Made by a program: the position numbers and the translations under genes | Assembly (NCBI GenBank): GCA_035495615.1 | Contig: DATJFP010000071.1 | Coordinates: forward strand, 65,784 to 129,783 | Origin: Verrucomicrobiia bacterium | Lineage (GTDB): Bacteria > Omnitrophota > Omnitrophia > Omnitrophales > Aquincolibacteriaceae | Length of the DNA: 64,000 nucleotides | Reading direction: 5' to 3' | In this document: positions 1 to 10,293 of the stretch, piece by piece | How positions within the stretch are numbered: the stretch's first letter is position 1 | Layout of the letters: each line of letters opens with the position of its first letter | Notes under the pieces: model-generated | Database searches by the model: none | The model's input: only the letters and a program-made list of their open reading frames with translations | Told to the model about the DNA's origin: nothing

Positions 1-1524
<1,524 letters not shown>

Positions 1525-1601
1525 TGTTGCCCCTGATTTCCAGCCTCTTTATTTCGATGTGCGAGTTGCTTTAGGCAAGGGTTTGTGTTAGCTTGCTCGC
1601 T

Positions 1602-1973
1602 ATGAAAAGAATCCCCGTCCTTTTCACACTCTTTTTTTTCCTCTGCCCGTTCGTTCATGCCGCGGAACTTGAACCTGCCGGAAGCCCGCTGCGCAAACTT
1701 CAGCGCGGTTTTCTGAACATCGCGCTTTCCCCGATCGAAATCGTCCATGAGCTCGACCGTCAAAAGAATGTGGACAGCCTGGTTCCGAGCTGGTTTACGG
1801 GGGTGGGAATGGGTAGCGCTTACATGGCGGGGCGGATTGCGGCGGGAGCGTATGAGATGGTGACCTTCCCGGTCCCTCTTCCTTCAGGCTACCAGCCTCT
1901 CGTCGAGCCGGAATTCGAGTGGCAGCATCTCGATAACCAGACCGGCTACCAAACTCCGGTAAAGAAACACTAA
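1602..1973 (+). CDS. small secreted hypothetical protein (signal peptide MKRIPVLFTLFFFLCPFVHA)
   Basis: ORF with an N-terminal signal peptide and no strong SD. It may belong to a small exosortase-associated secreted family, but I cannot verify that. The ATG at 1602 is preferred over the TTG at 1593. Confidence 0.4.
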   Translation: MKRIPVLFTLFFFLCPFVHAAELEPAGSPLRKLQRGFLNIALSPIEIVHELDRQKNVDSLVPSWFTGVGMGSAYMAGRIAAGAYEMVTFPVPLPSGYQPLVEPEFEWQHLDNQTGYQTPVKKH

Positions 1974-3139
1974 GCCCGCGAGGGCTGAGGACGGACGTTC
2001 TTCCGGCTGTCCATGAATCCTACCACCGCTTCGGCGGCGCGGCGCGAGGCGCCGGAATTTCCCAGCAGCGCGCGCACTTCACGGAACGATTCCCGCATCT
2101 TCCCGCACAACTCCGGATTCTGCAGGAAAATTTCGATTTCATGGGCCATGGTTTCCGGATGCATGTCGCCCTGGATGAATTCCGGCACGACAAGCCTTCC
2201 GGCCAGCAGGTTCACGAGCCCCAGGTACTTCACGCGGATCAGACGCTTTCCCAGAAAATACGTGGTGGGACTTGCCTTGTACAAAAGAAAGAAGGGCGTT
2301 TCCAGCAGCGCGGCTTCGAGCGTGGCCGTGCCGGACGCGATCATGGCGAAATCCATGGCATGCACCAGGTCATGAAAGGAAAGATTTGAACGCGACGTCT
2401 TCAGGTTGGGGTATTGCCGCAGCAGCGATTCAAAGGCCTGCGCGTCAATGCCCGGCGGCTCCTTCAGATAAAAAACAACGTCCGGCCTTTTGCGGGCCAG
2501 GATCGAAGCGGTAGCGAGCATGGCCGGGAAGATGCGCTGGACTTCTTTGGCGCGGGAGCCGGGAAAAAGCCCGACGGCCGTGCTGCCCTCTTTCAATCCG
2601 AGTTTCGCGCGCAAGGCCGCGCGTTCGGCGGACGTTTCCACCTGGTCCAGGAGCGGATGCCCGACGAATTCGCAGGGCACTTTGGCCTTTTCGTAAATTT
2701 CGGTTTCGAACGGCAGGATGGAGAGCATCTTCGAGACGTGCCTGCGGATGACATGGATGCGCCGGCCGCCCCAGGCCCAGATCTGCGGCGAGATGTAATA
2801 GAGAACCGGAACCTGCCCGGAAATTTTTTTCGCAAGCCGCAGGTTGAACGCGGGGGAGTCGATCACGACCGCGGCGTCGGGCTTCCAGGCGCGGATCGCA
2901 TCGATGGCCTGATAAAAGATTTTCCGGTATTTGAAATACTGGCGGACTACGTCGCCGAAACCCAGCGCGGAAATCGTGGTCATGTCGAAGAGGAGATCGA
3001 GGCCGGCCGCTTGCATCTGCGGGCCGCCGAGACCGCGGAACTCCGCGTCCGGCGCGAGACGCCGGATCTCCCGGATGAGATGGGCCCCGTGATTGTCGCC
3101 CGAGGCCTCGCAGGCGACCATGAAAATTTTCAAAGGCAT
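1970..3139 (-). CDS. lpxB: lipid-A-disaccharide synthase
   Basis: Full-length LpxB-like sequence (MPLKIFMVACEASGDNHGAHLI...). Its stop overlaps the stop of the upstream plus-strand ORF by 4 nt. Confidence 0.9.
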   Translation of the reverse strand: MPLKIFMVACEASGDNHGAHLIREIRRLAPDAEFRGLGGPQMQAAGLDLLFDMTTISALGFGDVVRQYFKYRKIFYQAIDAIRAWKPDAAVVIDSPAFNLRLAKKISGQVPVLYYISPQIWAWGGRRIHVIRRHVSKMLSILPFETEIYEKAKVPCEFVGHPLLDQVETSAERAALRAKLGLKEGSTAVGLFPGSRAKEVQRIFPAMLATASILARKRPDVVFYLKEPPGIDAQAFESLLRQYPNLKTSRSNLSFHDLVHAMDFAMIASGTATLEAALLETPFFLLYKASPTTYFLGKRLIRVKYLGLVNLLAGRLVVPEFIQGDMHPETMAHEIEIFLQNPELCGKMRESFREVRALLGNSGASRRAAEAVVGFMDSRKNVRPQPSRA

Positions 3140-3151
3140 GAAGCGGATCCG

Positions 3152-4093
3152 CTACCGGGCCAGGCCCGAAACAGCCTGGTCGTTGTTGTTCTTGATCGCG
3201 GCCACGATGTCCAGCGCAAGCGCCAGCGCGTCGCGCGCGGCCGTGTCGGGATTGCCGGGGCTTTTACCGGCGAGGATTTCTCTGAGGAAAAACGAAAGCT
3301 CTTCTTTCAGGGGCTCGGCTTTTTCGATCTCCACGTTTTCCTGCGTGATCTGCAGGCCCTGCTTGCGGAAAATTTTTCCGGCCTGGGCGCCGTAATCCAG
3401 CGAAATGTAGGCATCTTCCTGGAAGATCCGGATCTTGCGCTGTTTTTCCGGCGTGAGGCGCGAGGCCGTGACGTCGGCGACCGCGCCGTTTTTGAATTTG
3501 ATGCGCGCGTTGGCGATGTCTTCGAAAGGCGTCAGCACGTTGATGCCGACCGCGTCGAAGCTCGCGATTTCACTTTGGACGAGGCTGAGCACGATGTCGA
3601 GGTCATGGATCATGAGGTCCAGCACCACGCCGCAGTCGTTGATGCGCGGGTTGAAAGGCCCAAGCCTGTGGATTTCGAAGAAGCGGATATTTTTAGCGAT
3701 TTCGCCGACGCGTTTCAGTCCGGGATTGTGGCGTTCGATGTGGCCGACCTGCAGCGCGCAGCGGTTGATCCTGGAAAGTTCGATCAGGTCGTCGGCGTCC
3801 GCCAGATGCATGGTAATCGGCTTTTCGATCAGGGTATGGACCCCGGCGGCCAGGAATTCACGGGCAATGGCGTAATGAGTGGAGGTGGGCGTCGCGATGC
3901 TCACGGCCTCAACTTGGGGGATGACCTTCCGGAAATCCTGGAAAAAGGGGACGCCCAGAGTATCGGCCACGGCTTTTTTGGAAGCATCGGAATCGCAGAT
4001 CCCGATCAGCTCGGACTCTTTGATTTCTTTATAGAGGCGGGCATGCTCTTTTCCCAGATGTCCGACGCCGACCACGGCGGTTTTGAGCCGCAT
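3152..4093 (-). CDS. Gfo/Idh/MocA-family NAD(P)-dependent oxidoreductase, GnnA-like by context (candidate UDP-GlcNAc 3-dehydrogenase)
   Basis: N-terminal Rossmann motif VVGVGHLGKEHARLY. It lies 12 nt upstream of lpxB in the same orientation. Confidence 0.75.
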   Translation of the reverse strand: MRLKTAVVGVGHLGKEHARLYKEIKESELIGICDSDASKKAVADTLGVPFFQDFRKVIPQVEAVSIATPTSTHYAIAREFLAAGVHTLIEKPITMHLADADDLIELSRINRCALQVGHIERHNPGLKRVGEIAKNIRFFEIHRLGPFNPRINDCGVVLDLMIHDLDIVLSLVQSEIASFDAVGINVLTPFEDIANARIKFKNGAVADVTASRLTPEKQRKIRIFQEDAYISLDYGAQAGKIFRKQGLQITQENVEIEKAEPLKEELSFFLREILAGKSPGNPDTAARDALALALDIVAAIKNNNDQAVSGLAR

Positions 4094-4199
4094 TTATTCT
4101 AAGTCCTTTCAAAACCTAAACTTGGGAGTAAAAATAGCTTGGGTATCCTAGCAAATGCTCTTGAGGGGTGTCAATGAATATGTTACAGTGTCCGCTTCC

Positions 4200-5951
4200 A
4201 TGGGCATTTACCGTCGACTCCTCCAATACATCAAACCTCACAAGGGACGCCTTATTCTGGCTGCTTTGGCTGCCCAGGGCTATGCTTTATCCACATCCCT
4301 CGTTTCGGCAACGCTTTACGTCATCATAAATGGGCTTCAGAACAAGAGCGAGGTCCGGCTTACCAACCTGCCTCATATCCGGTTCCTGCAGGACATCGCA
4401 TTTCCTTCGGCCTGGATTCCTTACATTATCGTGACCGTATTCCTGCTCCGCAGCTTTTTTGAGTACATCTCCCAGTATCAGATGGCCAGCGTAGGCATCC
4501 GTGTCATCCGGAGGGTCCGTGACGACCTCTTCCGGCATCTGACCTATCTTTCGAGCGATTTTTATTCCAAGGGACGCACCGGGGATTTCCTGAGCCGCAT
4601 CCTGAACGACGTCGGGCAAATTCAGGGCGCGATCACCGACGTGCTCACCGATCTCATTAAACAGCCGTTCATCATCCTCTACAACATCCCCATGGTTTTC
4701 ATTTGGGGCGGCCCTTACGCCATTTTCGCGATCATTATCTTTCCCGTCGTGGCCGTGCCCATCGTTTTTCTCGGACGCCAGCTGCGCAAGACAACCAAGC
4801 GCATGCAGGAGCGGGCCGCCGACATCACCGCCTTCATCGGGGAAACGCTGGCCGGCATCCACATCGTCAAGGCCTTCAACCGCGAAGAAGAAGAAATCCG
4901 CACCTTCGAAAAGATCAATCGCAGCGTTTTCGATTTTTTCAAGAGCACGATCAAGCTCACCATGATCCAGCGGCCGCTCATCGAAGTCATGGGCGCGATC
5001 GGCGCGGCCATTGCAGTAGCTTTCGCGCTGAAGACTCTTCCGCCCGATCGTTTCGGCGCTTTCGTCATTTCCCTTTTCGTGTTCTACGAACCTTTGAAGA
5101 AGCTGAGCAAGGTGAACAGCACGATTCAGCAGTCGCTGGCCGCGGGCGGGCGCATCTTCGAGATTCTGGATTCCGAGCCGAGCATCAAAGATGCTCCCGA
5201 TGCCGAGGTGTTCAAGGGGCCGATCGAGACTATCCGCTACCGCAACGTGCATTTTTACTATGAGGCGGGCAAAGAAGTGCTGCGAGGCATCGACCTCAAC
5301 GTCAAGCACGGCGAAGTGGTCGCGCTGGTCGGCCCGAGCGGCGCGGGAAAAAGTACGATGGCAAACCTGCTGCTGCGTTTTTACGATCCGGCGGCCGGAA
5401 GCCTCGAGATCAACGACTGCGACATCCGCAAGATGACGCTCAAATCGCTGCGCGAAAAAATCGGCATCGTGGCGCAGGATACGATCCTTTTCAATATGAC
5501 GGTCGCGGAGAACATCGCCTTCGGCGCGCCGAACGCAAGCCGGGAAGACATTGAAAAGGCTGCGCACGCGGCTTACGCCCACGGGTTCATCGAGGCGCTG
5601 CCTCAAGGCTATGAGACGCCGCTCGGCGAGCGCGGATTAAAACTCTCGGGCGGACAGCGCCAGAGGATCTCGATCGCGCGCGCCATCCTGAAAAACGCGC
5701 CCATCCTCATTCTGGACGAAGCCACGTCTCACCTGGACGCGGACAGCGAGCGCATGATTCAGGACGCTCTGGAAAATCTCATGGTCGGCCGCACGGTATT
5801 CGTCATCGCGCACCGTCTGGCCACGGTGCAGCGCGCTACGCGCATTCTCGTCCTCGACGACGGCAAGATCATCCAGCAGGGGACGAACGAATCGCTGCTC
5901 GAGCAGGGCGGGACTTACAAGAGGTTGTACGATTTGCAATTCAACGTTTAG
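4200..5951 (+). CDS. msbA: lipid A/LPS export ABC transporter, fused permease + ATPase (MsbA-like)
   Basis: Six-TM N-terminal domain followed by Walker A GPSGAGKST, the signature LSGGQRQR and Walker B ILILDEAT. An alternative start is the ATG at 4155. Confidence 0.85.
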   Translation: MGIYRRLLQYIKPHKGRLILAALAAQGYALSTSLVSATLYVIINGLQNKSEVRLTNLPHIRFLQDIAFPSAWIPYIIVTVFLLRSFFEYISQYQMASVGIRVIRRVRDDLFRHLTYLSSDFYSKGRTGDFLSRILNDVGQIQGAITDVLTDLIKQPFIILYNIPMVFIWGGPYAIFAIIIFPVVAVPIVFLGRQLRKTTKRMQERAADITAFIGETLAGIHIVKAFNREEEEIRTFEKINRSVFDFFKSTIKLTMIQRPLIEVMGAIGAAIAVAFALKTLPPDRFGAFVISLFVFYEPLKKLSKVNSTIQQSLAAGGRIFEILDSEPSIKDAPDAEVFKGPIETIRYRNVHFYYEAGKEVLRGIDLNVKHGEVVALVGPSGAGKSTMANLLLRFYDPAAGSLEINDCDIRKMTLKSLREKIGIVAQDTILFNMTVAENIAFGAPNASREDIEKAAHAAYAHGFIEALPQGYETPLGERGLKLSGGQRQRISIARAILKNAPILILDEATSHLDADSERMIQDALENLMVGRTVFVIAHRLATVQRATRILVLDDGKIIQQGTNESLLEQGGTYKRLYDLQFNV

Positions 5952-5955
5952 GCAG

Positions 5956-5981
5956 GGGGACAAGCCTAAAGGCATGTCCCC
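5956..5981. repeat. 26-nt direct repeat copy 1 (ggggacaagcctaaaggcatgtcccc); itself an imperfect hairpin (GGGGACA...TGTCCCC)
   Basis: 25 of 26 nt identical to copy 2 at 6040-6065. The two copies flank the terminator. Confidence 0.6.
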
Positions 5982-5993
5982 GATTTTCGGCAT

Positions 5994-6033
5994 AAAAAAA
6001 CCCCCGAAGCTTCTGCTCCGGGGGTTTGCTTTT
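5994..6033. terminator. bidirectional rho-independent terminator between convergent msbA and the 6070-6492 gene
   Basis: A7 run, then GC hairpin CCCCCG...CGGGGG, then a T-rich tail (tttgctttt). Confidence 0.65.
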
Positions 6034-6039
6034 AATACC

Positions 6040-6065
6040 GGGAACAAGCCTAAAGGCATGTCCCC
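6040..6065. repeat. 26-nt direct repeat copy 2 (gggaacaagcctaaaggcatgtcccc)
   Basis: See copy 1. This copy overlaps the stop of the minus-strand gene. Confidence 0.6.
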
Positions 6066-6069
6066 ATTT

Positions 6070-6492
6070 TTATGTGCCGGGAATCTTGATCGTGATCTTC
6101 GTGGTGTCTTCGCTGTTGTCTTCCGGTTCTTCCACTTCGTAATTCTGCAGGTCGGCCTGGCCGAGCGTGGCCACTTTCACCGCGCCCTTTACGGCATTGT
6201 CGAGGATCTTGCCGGTGCCTTTGGCCGCGCCTTCGAGCGTTCCGGCCACGGCGCCGCCTTCACGCGTGCCGTCCGCGGTTTCGGAAACAAAGCCGGTCGT
6301 AGAATCGACGGTCGCGCCTTTGATGCCGCTGGCGATTCCGGTCGCGGGATTTTCGAAGGACCGTCCCTGTTTCGCGGCCTTCTGTTCCTGCCGGGCTTCT
6401 TCGTCGTACTGGTCGGCCCGGCGGCCCATGCCCATCTGAAGCGTTGCGAGAACGAGAACGAAAGTGATGGTGAGATAAGTGCTGGCCTTCAT
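6070..6492 (-). CDS. secreted hypothetical protein, Gly/Ala/Lys/Thr-rich low-complexity core with an acidic C-terminus
   Basis: Strong SD (GGAGGAAG) 5-6 nt before the ATG. Signal peptide MKASTYLTITFVLVLATLQMG. Confidence 0.55.
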   Translation of the reverse strand: MKASTYLTITFVLVLATLQMGMGRRADQYDEEARQEQKAAKQGRSFENPATGIASGIKGATVDSTTGFVSETADGTREGGAVAGTLEGAAKGTGKILDNAVKGAVKVATLGQADLQNYEVEEPEDNSEDTTKITIKIPGT

Positions 6493-6701
6493 CCCGCTTC
6501 CTCCGTGGTGGTCTGGACCTGTGAAAAAAGGAGAGGCTAGTATAGCGTATCCCCTGGAGGAATCAAAGGTTTTGGTGGAGGAAGCGGCGGGGGCAAGGAT
6601 TGCATTTTGAGGAAGGCTAAGATATACTGACCCATTTATTGGGGCATTTTACCGCATGAGTCCCGCCGGAAGTCGGGCCTAACCTCTGGATTCGCTGGAT
6701 C

Positions 6702-8000
6702 ATGGAAAAAATCCGTATCGGCCTTCTCGGCCTGGGACAGGTGGGCGGAGGCGTCTATTCGCTCCTCACCCGGAAAAAGGCTTATTTCGAGCGCGAAGTC
6801 GGCGTCTCTTTCGAGATCCGGAAAGTGGCGGTCCGGAACCTTTCGAAGAAAAGGCCGGTGAAAATCCCCAAGAGCCTGCTGACGACGAATCCGCTCGAAG
6901 TCGTGGAAGATCCTTCGGTGGACGTGGTCGTGGAACTCATCGGCGGAACGACGGACGCGGCAAAGCTCATCAAGAAAGCGCTGCAGGCAGGCAAGCACGT
7001 CGTGACCGCGAACAAGGCGCTGCTCGCCGAGCGGGGCGACGAGATTTTCGAGCTGGCCGGAAAATTGAACCGCTGGGTTTTTTTCGAGGCCAGTGTGGGC
7101 GGCGGCATCCCGATCATCAAGACGCTGCGCGAAGGGCTTGTCGCGAACCGGCTCGAGTCCCTGCACGCGATCATCAATGGGACCTGCAATTATATTTTGA
7201 GCAAGATGACGTCGGAAAAGACCGACTTCGCCGTGGCGCTCCGCGAGGCGCAGCAGAAAGGCTACGCGGAACCCGATCCCACGCTGGACGTGGACGGCTC
7301 TGACGCCGCGCACAAGCTCGCGGTGCTCGTGCGCTTCGGCTTCGGCGGACGCATCCGCTACAAGGACATTTATAAAGAAGGCATCCGTTCGATCAGCGCG
7401 GAAGACATCGCGTTCGCGGACGAATTCGGTTACAGGATCAAGCTTCTGGCGATCGCCAAAAATGGCGGCAAAGTCGTGGAGGCGCGCGTGCAGCCGTCGC
7501 TTCTGCCCAAAGACCACATCCTGGCCAACGTGAACGGGTCGTTCAACGCGATCCTGCTTCACGGCGATCACGTGGGCGACGTGCTGCTGTACGGCAGGGG
7601 CGCGGGTTCTTTTCCCACGGCGAGCGCGGTCGTGAGCGACCTGACTGATCTCGCGCGGCGGTTTTCGTCGATGAACGAAAGCGACGCGTTCCTGATGCGC
7701 GCGAACGCGCAGCGTCTCAAAGTAAAAAGCATTTCGCAGGTGTTGACGCGGTATTACCTGCGCTTTCACGTGCTAGACAGGCCGGGCGTCCTGGCCATGA
7801 TCTCGAAAGTGCTGGGAAGCCACGGCATCAGCATCTCGGACTGCGTTCAGAAAGAACGCCGGCACGGCGGCGTAGTGCCGCTCATCATGCTGACGCACGG
7901 CGCGAATGAAAAAGACGTGCGCAACGCGGTGCGCTCGATCGACCGGCTCAAATTCGTGCGCGGCAAATCGCAGGTCATCAGGATCGAAGGGGACAATTAA
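6702..8000 (+). CDS. hom: homoserine dehydrogenase (with C-terminal ACT domain)
   Basis: N-terminal GLLGLGQVGGGV NAD-binding motif and overall Hom architecture. Confidence 0.9.
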   Translation: MEKIRIGLLGLGQVGGGVYSLLTRKKAYFEREVGVSFEIRKVAVRNLSKKRPVKIPKSLLTTNPLEVVEDPSVDVVVELIGGTTDAAKLIKKALQAGKHVVTANKALLAERGDEIFELAGKLNRWVFFEASVGGGIPIIKTLREGLVANRLESLHAIINGTCNYILSKMTSEKTDFAVALREAQQKGYAEPDPTLDVDGSDAAHKLAVLVRFGFGGRIRYKDIYKEGIRSISAEDIAFADEFGYRIKLLAIAKNGGKVVEARVQPSLLPKDHILANVNGSFNAILLHGDHVGDVLLYGRGAGSFPTASAVVSDLTDLARRFSSMNESDAFLMRANAQRLKVKSISQVLTRYYLRFHVLDRPGVLAMISKVLGSHGISISDCVQKERRHGGVVPLIMLTHGANEKDVRNAVRSIDRLKFVRGKSQVIRIEGDN

Positions 8001-9086
8001 ATGACGGTTCCGACCAAAAAATTCGCGGTCAAAAAAATCGGGATCATCGAGCGCTACCAGGAATTCATGCCGGTGACGGACAAGACGCCGATCATCTCGC
8101 TCAACGAGGGCAATACGCCGCTCATCCTGGCCGAAGCCCTGCCCGTGAAGCTCGGGCTGAAGAATATCCGGATTTATTACAAGTTCGAGGGGCTGAATCC
8201 CACGGGTTCGTTCAAGGACCGCGGCATGACCATGGCGATCTCGAAGGCCATGGAAGACAAATCGAAGGCGGTGATCTGCGCGTCGACCGGCAACACGTCG
8301 GCTTCGGCCGCCGCGTATGCGTCGCGCTGCGGCATGAAATGCTTTGTGCTGATCCCGGAAGGCAAGATCGCCAAGGGCAAGCTCATGCAGGCCTACCGTT
8401 ACGGCGCGAAAGTCATCATCATCAAAGGGAACTTCGACCAGGCCTTAGAACTGGTGAAAAAAGTGGGCGAGAAGACGCCGATCACGATCGTCAATTCGAT
8501 CAATCCCTTCAGAATCGAAGGGCAAAAGTCAGGGGCTTTTGAAATCGTGGACGACTTGGGCGACGCGCCGGAATATCATGCGATCCCGGTCGGCAATGCG
8601 GGCAACATCACGGCATACTGGAAAGGCTACAAAGAATACAAGCGTGCGGGTAAATCCGAGATCCTGCCGAAGATGCTGGGCTTTCAGGCGGCCGGGTCCG
8701 CGCCCATCGTTCAGGGAAAGCCCGTGGCAAACCCCGAAACCATCGCGACCGCCATCCGCATCGGCAATCCCGCGAGCTGGAAGGGCGCGCTGGAAGCCCG
8801 CGACGAATCCGGCGGCCTGATCGAGGCTGTGACGGACAAGGAAATCACGGACGCGTACCGGTTCATTGCCGAGCGCGAAGGCGTTTTTGCGGAGCCTGCT
8901 TCGGCCGCGGCGGTTGCCGGCGTGGTCAAGCTGGCGGAACGGAATTATTTTCAGGAAGGCACGCGCATTGTCATCACCCTGACGGGGTCGGGTCTGAAAG
9001 ACCCCGATTTTGCGTTGAGCTTTGACGAAAAAATGGAAGCGGTCGAGCCTGATTTCGACGCGGTCCGGAAGGTCATTGGCGTATGA
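8001..9086 (+). CDS. thrC: threonine synthase
   Basis: PLP-fold enzyme with the FKDRG lysine motif. It starts immediately after the hom stop. Confidence 0.9.
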   Translation: MTVPTKKFAVKKIGIIERYQEFMPVTDKTPIISLNEGNTPLILAEALPVKLGLKNIRIYYKFEGLNPTGSFKDRGMTMAISKAMEDKSKAVICASTGNTSASAAAYASRCGMKCFVLIPEGKIAKGKLMQAYRYGAKVIIIKGNFDQALELVKKVGEKTPITIVNSINPFRIEGQKSGAFEIVDDLGDAPEYHAIPVGNAGNITAYWKGYKEYKRAGKSEILPKMLGFQAAGSAPIVQGKPVANPETIATAIRIGNPASWKGALEARDESGGLIEAVTDKEITDAYRFIAEREGVFAEPASAAAVAGVVKLAERNYFQEGTRIVITLTGSGLKDPDFALSFDEKMEAVEPDFDAVRKVIGV

Positions 9087-10279
9087 AATATCTCATGATC
9101 AGCTTTTCCGGCGCGGCCGATCAGCCCGCCGAGGAACTGGGCGGCAAGACGCCGCTGGAAGTGGCGAAAATCCCGAACATGAATCATTTCACCAAGGTCG
9201 GCAAGCTCGGCTCGGTGAAACTTTCGCCGGACCGCCATGAGCCGTCTTCGGACACGGCCTTTTTGAATCTGCTCGGCTACGACGCGGACAAGGTTTACAC
9301 GGGGCGCGGCCCGCTCGAAGCGGCGAATCTGGATCTCGAGCTGGAAGAAAACGAAATTCCGTTCCGGATGAATTTCATCACCGAGTCTTCGGGCAACCTC
9401 GCGGACCCGACGGCCGGCGCGATCAGCACCAAAGAGGGCAAAGCTTTGATCAACTTTCTCAACAAGAAAGTGGCGAGCGGCTTTGTACGGTTTTTCGCGG
9501 GAAGCGGTTACAAGCATGTGGCCGTCCTCAAGGATTCGCACGGCTACAATGCGCTTTCGGCGCGTACCGTGAGCCCTGAAGCGATCATCGGCGAGCCGAT
9601 TGAAGCGAATTTTCCGAAAGGCCCGGGCGAAGAGCTTTTGAAAAAATTGATGTTTGACGCGCGGCTTCTCCTGCAGGACCACGAAGTCAACCAGGTGCGC
9701 GTGGACCTGGGGGAAAATCCTGCGAACATGATCTGGCTGTGGGGCCAGGGCCAGCCGCCGAAGCTTGAAAAGTTTTCGGAGCGCCACGGCTTGTCCGGAG
9801 CCCTGGTGTCGCCCGCGGAATACGCCAAAGGCGCGGCGCGCCTGGCCGGATTGACGGTGGTCGACCTCGCCGAAGAGACCGGCGTTCCGGAAGTCGACAA
9901 CGAACGCATGGCCAAGGCCGTCATTGAGGCCTTGAAAGAAAAAGATTTCGTGTGCTGCCACGCGCCGTCCTGCGATGAGGCCTCCCGCTTCGGCGACCTG
10001 AAGGGCAAGATCTCGGCCATCGAGGCGCTGGATTATTTCTTTTTGTCGCACGTGCGCGATTATCTTGATGCGCACAAAGACACGCGTGTGCTGATCACGC
10101 CGGCGCTTGCCGCGCCGTGGAAGATGCGCAAGCATGTGCGCGACGCGGTCCCGTTTCTCGTCACGGGTAAGAACATCATGCCCGACGAAGCGGAGAAATT
10201 TTCGGAACTTGCCGCGAAGTCCGTGGAAAACAAAGTCGCCAACGGCCGGGAACTCATCGATTCTTTCCTGGCGAAATAA
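9083..10279 (+). CDS. cofactor-independent phosphoglycerate-mutase-like (metalloenzyme/apgM superfamily) protein; predicted non-canonical homoserine kinase
   Basis: apgM-like N-terminus (GGKTPLEVAKIPNMNHF...). It sits between thrC and lysC, overlapping thrC by ATGA, and no canonical thrB is present in the operon. Confidence 0.65.
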   Translation: MKYLMISFSGAADQPAEELGGKTPLEVAKIPNMNHFTKVGKLGSVKLSPDRHEPSSDTAFLNLLGYDADKVYTGRGPLEAANLDLELEENEIPFRMNFITESSGNLADPTAGAISTKEGKALINFLNKKVASGFVRFFAGSGYKHVAVLKDSHGYNALSARTVSPEAIIGEPIEANFPKGPGEELLKKLMFDARLLLQDHEVNQVRVDLGENPANMIWLWGQGQPPKLEKFSERHGLSGALVSPAEYAKGAARLAGLTVVDLAEETGVPEVDNERMAKAVIEALKEKDFVCCHAPSCDEASRFGDLKGKISAIEALDYFFLSHVRDYLDAHKDTRVLITPALAAPWKMRKHVRDAVPFLVTGKNIMPDEAEKFSELAAKSVENKVANGRELIDSFLAK

Positions 10280-10293
10280 TTAGGAAGAAGAAA

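Noticed and set aside
1571-1600. Possible sigma-54 -24/-12 element (aGGCAaGggtttgtgttaGCttgc) downstream of the sigma-54 activator. A similar GGCAaGgattGCAtttt lies at about 6590-6610.
   Set aside because: GG-to-GC spacing is 17 in the first and 8 in the second, rather than the required 10, so neither matches the consensus geometry.
2414-4102. Long ORFs antisense to recognisable genes. This 562-aa ORF is the first of a set; the others are 6636-7769, 8951-10135, 10060-11484, 11481-12791, 13103-14980, 22374-23105, 26495-27547, 31416-33209, 33206-35005, 35083-36204, 49203-51026, 50636-52066, 60183-61940 and 62449-63594.
   Set aside because: They are Arg/Ala/Gly/Pro-rich low-complexity translations, typical of the antisense frame in high-GC DNA. 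Each lies opposite a gene with clear family-level identity, and none has an SD.
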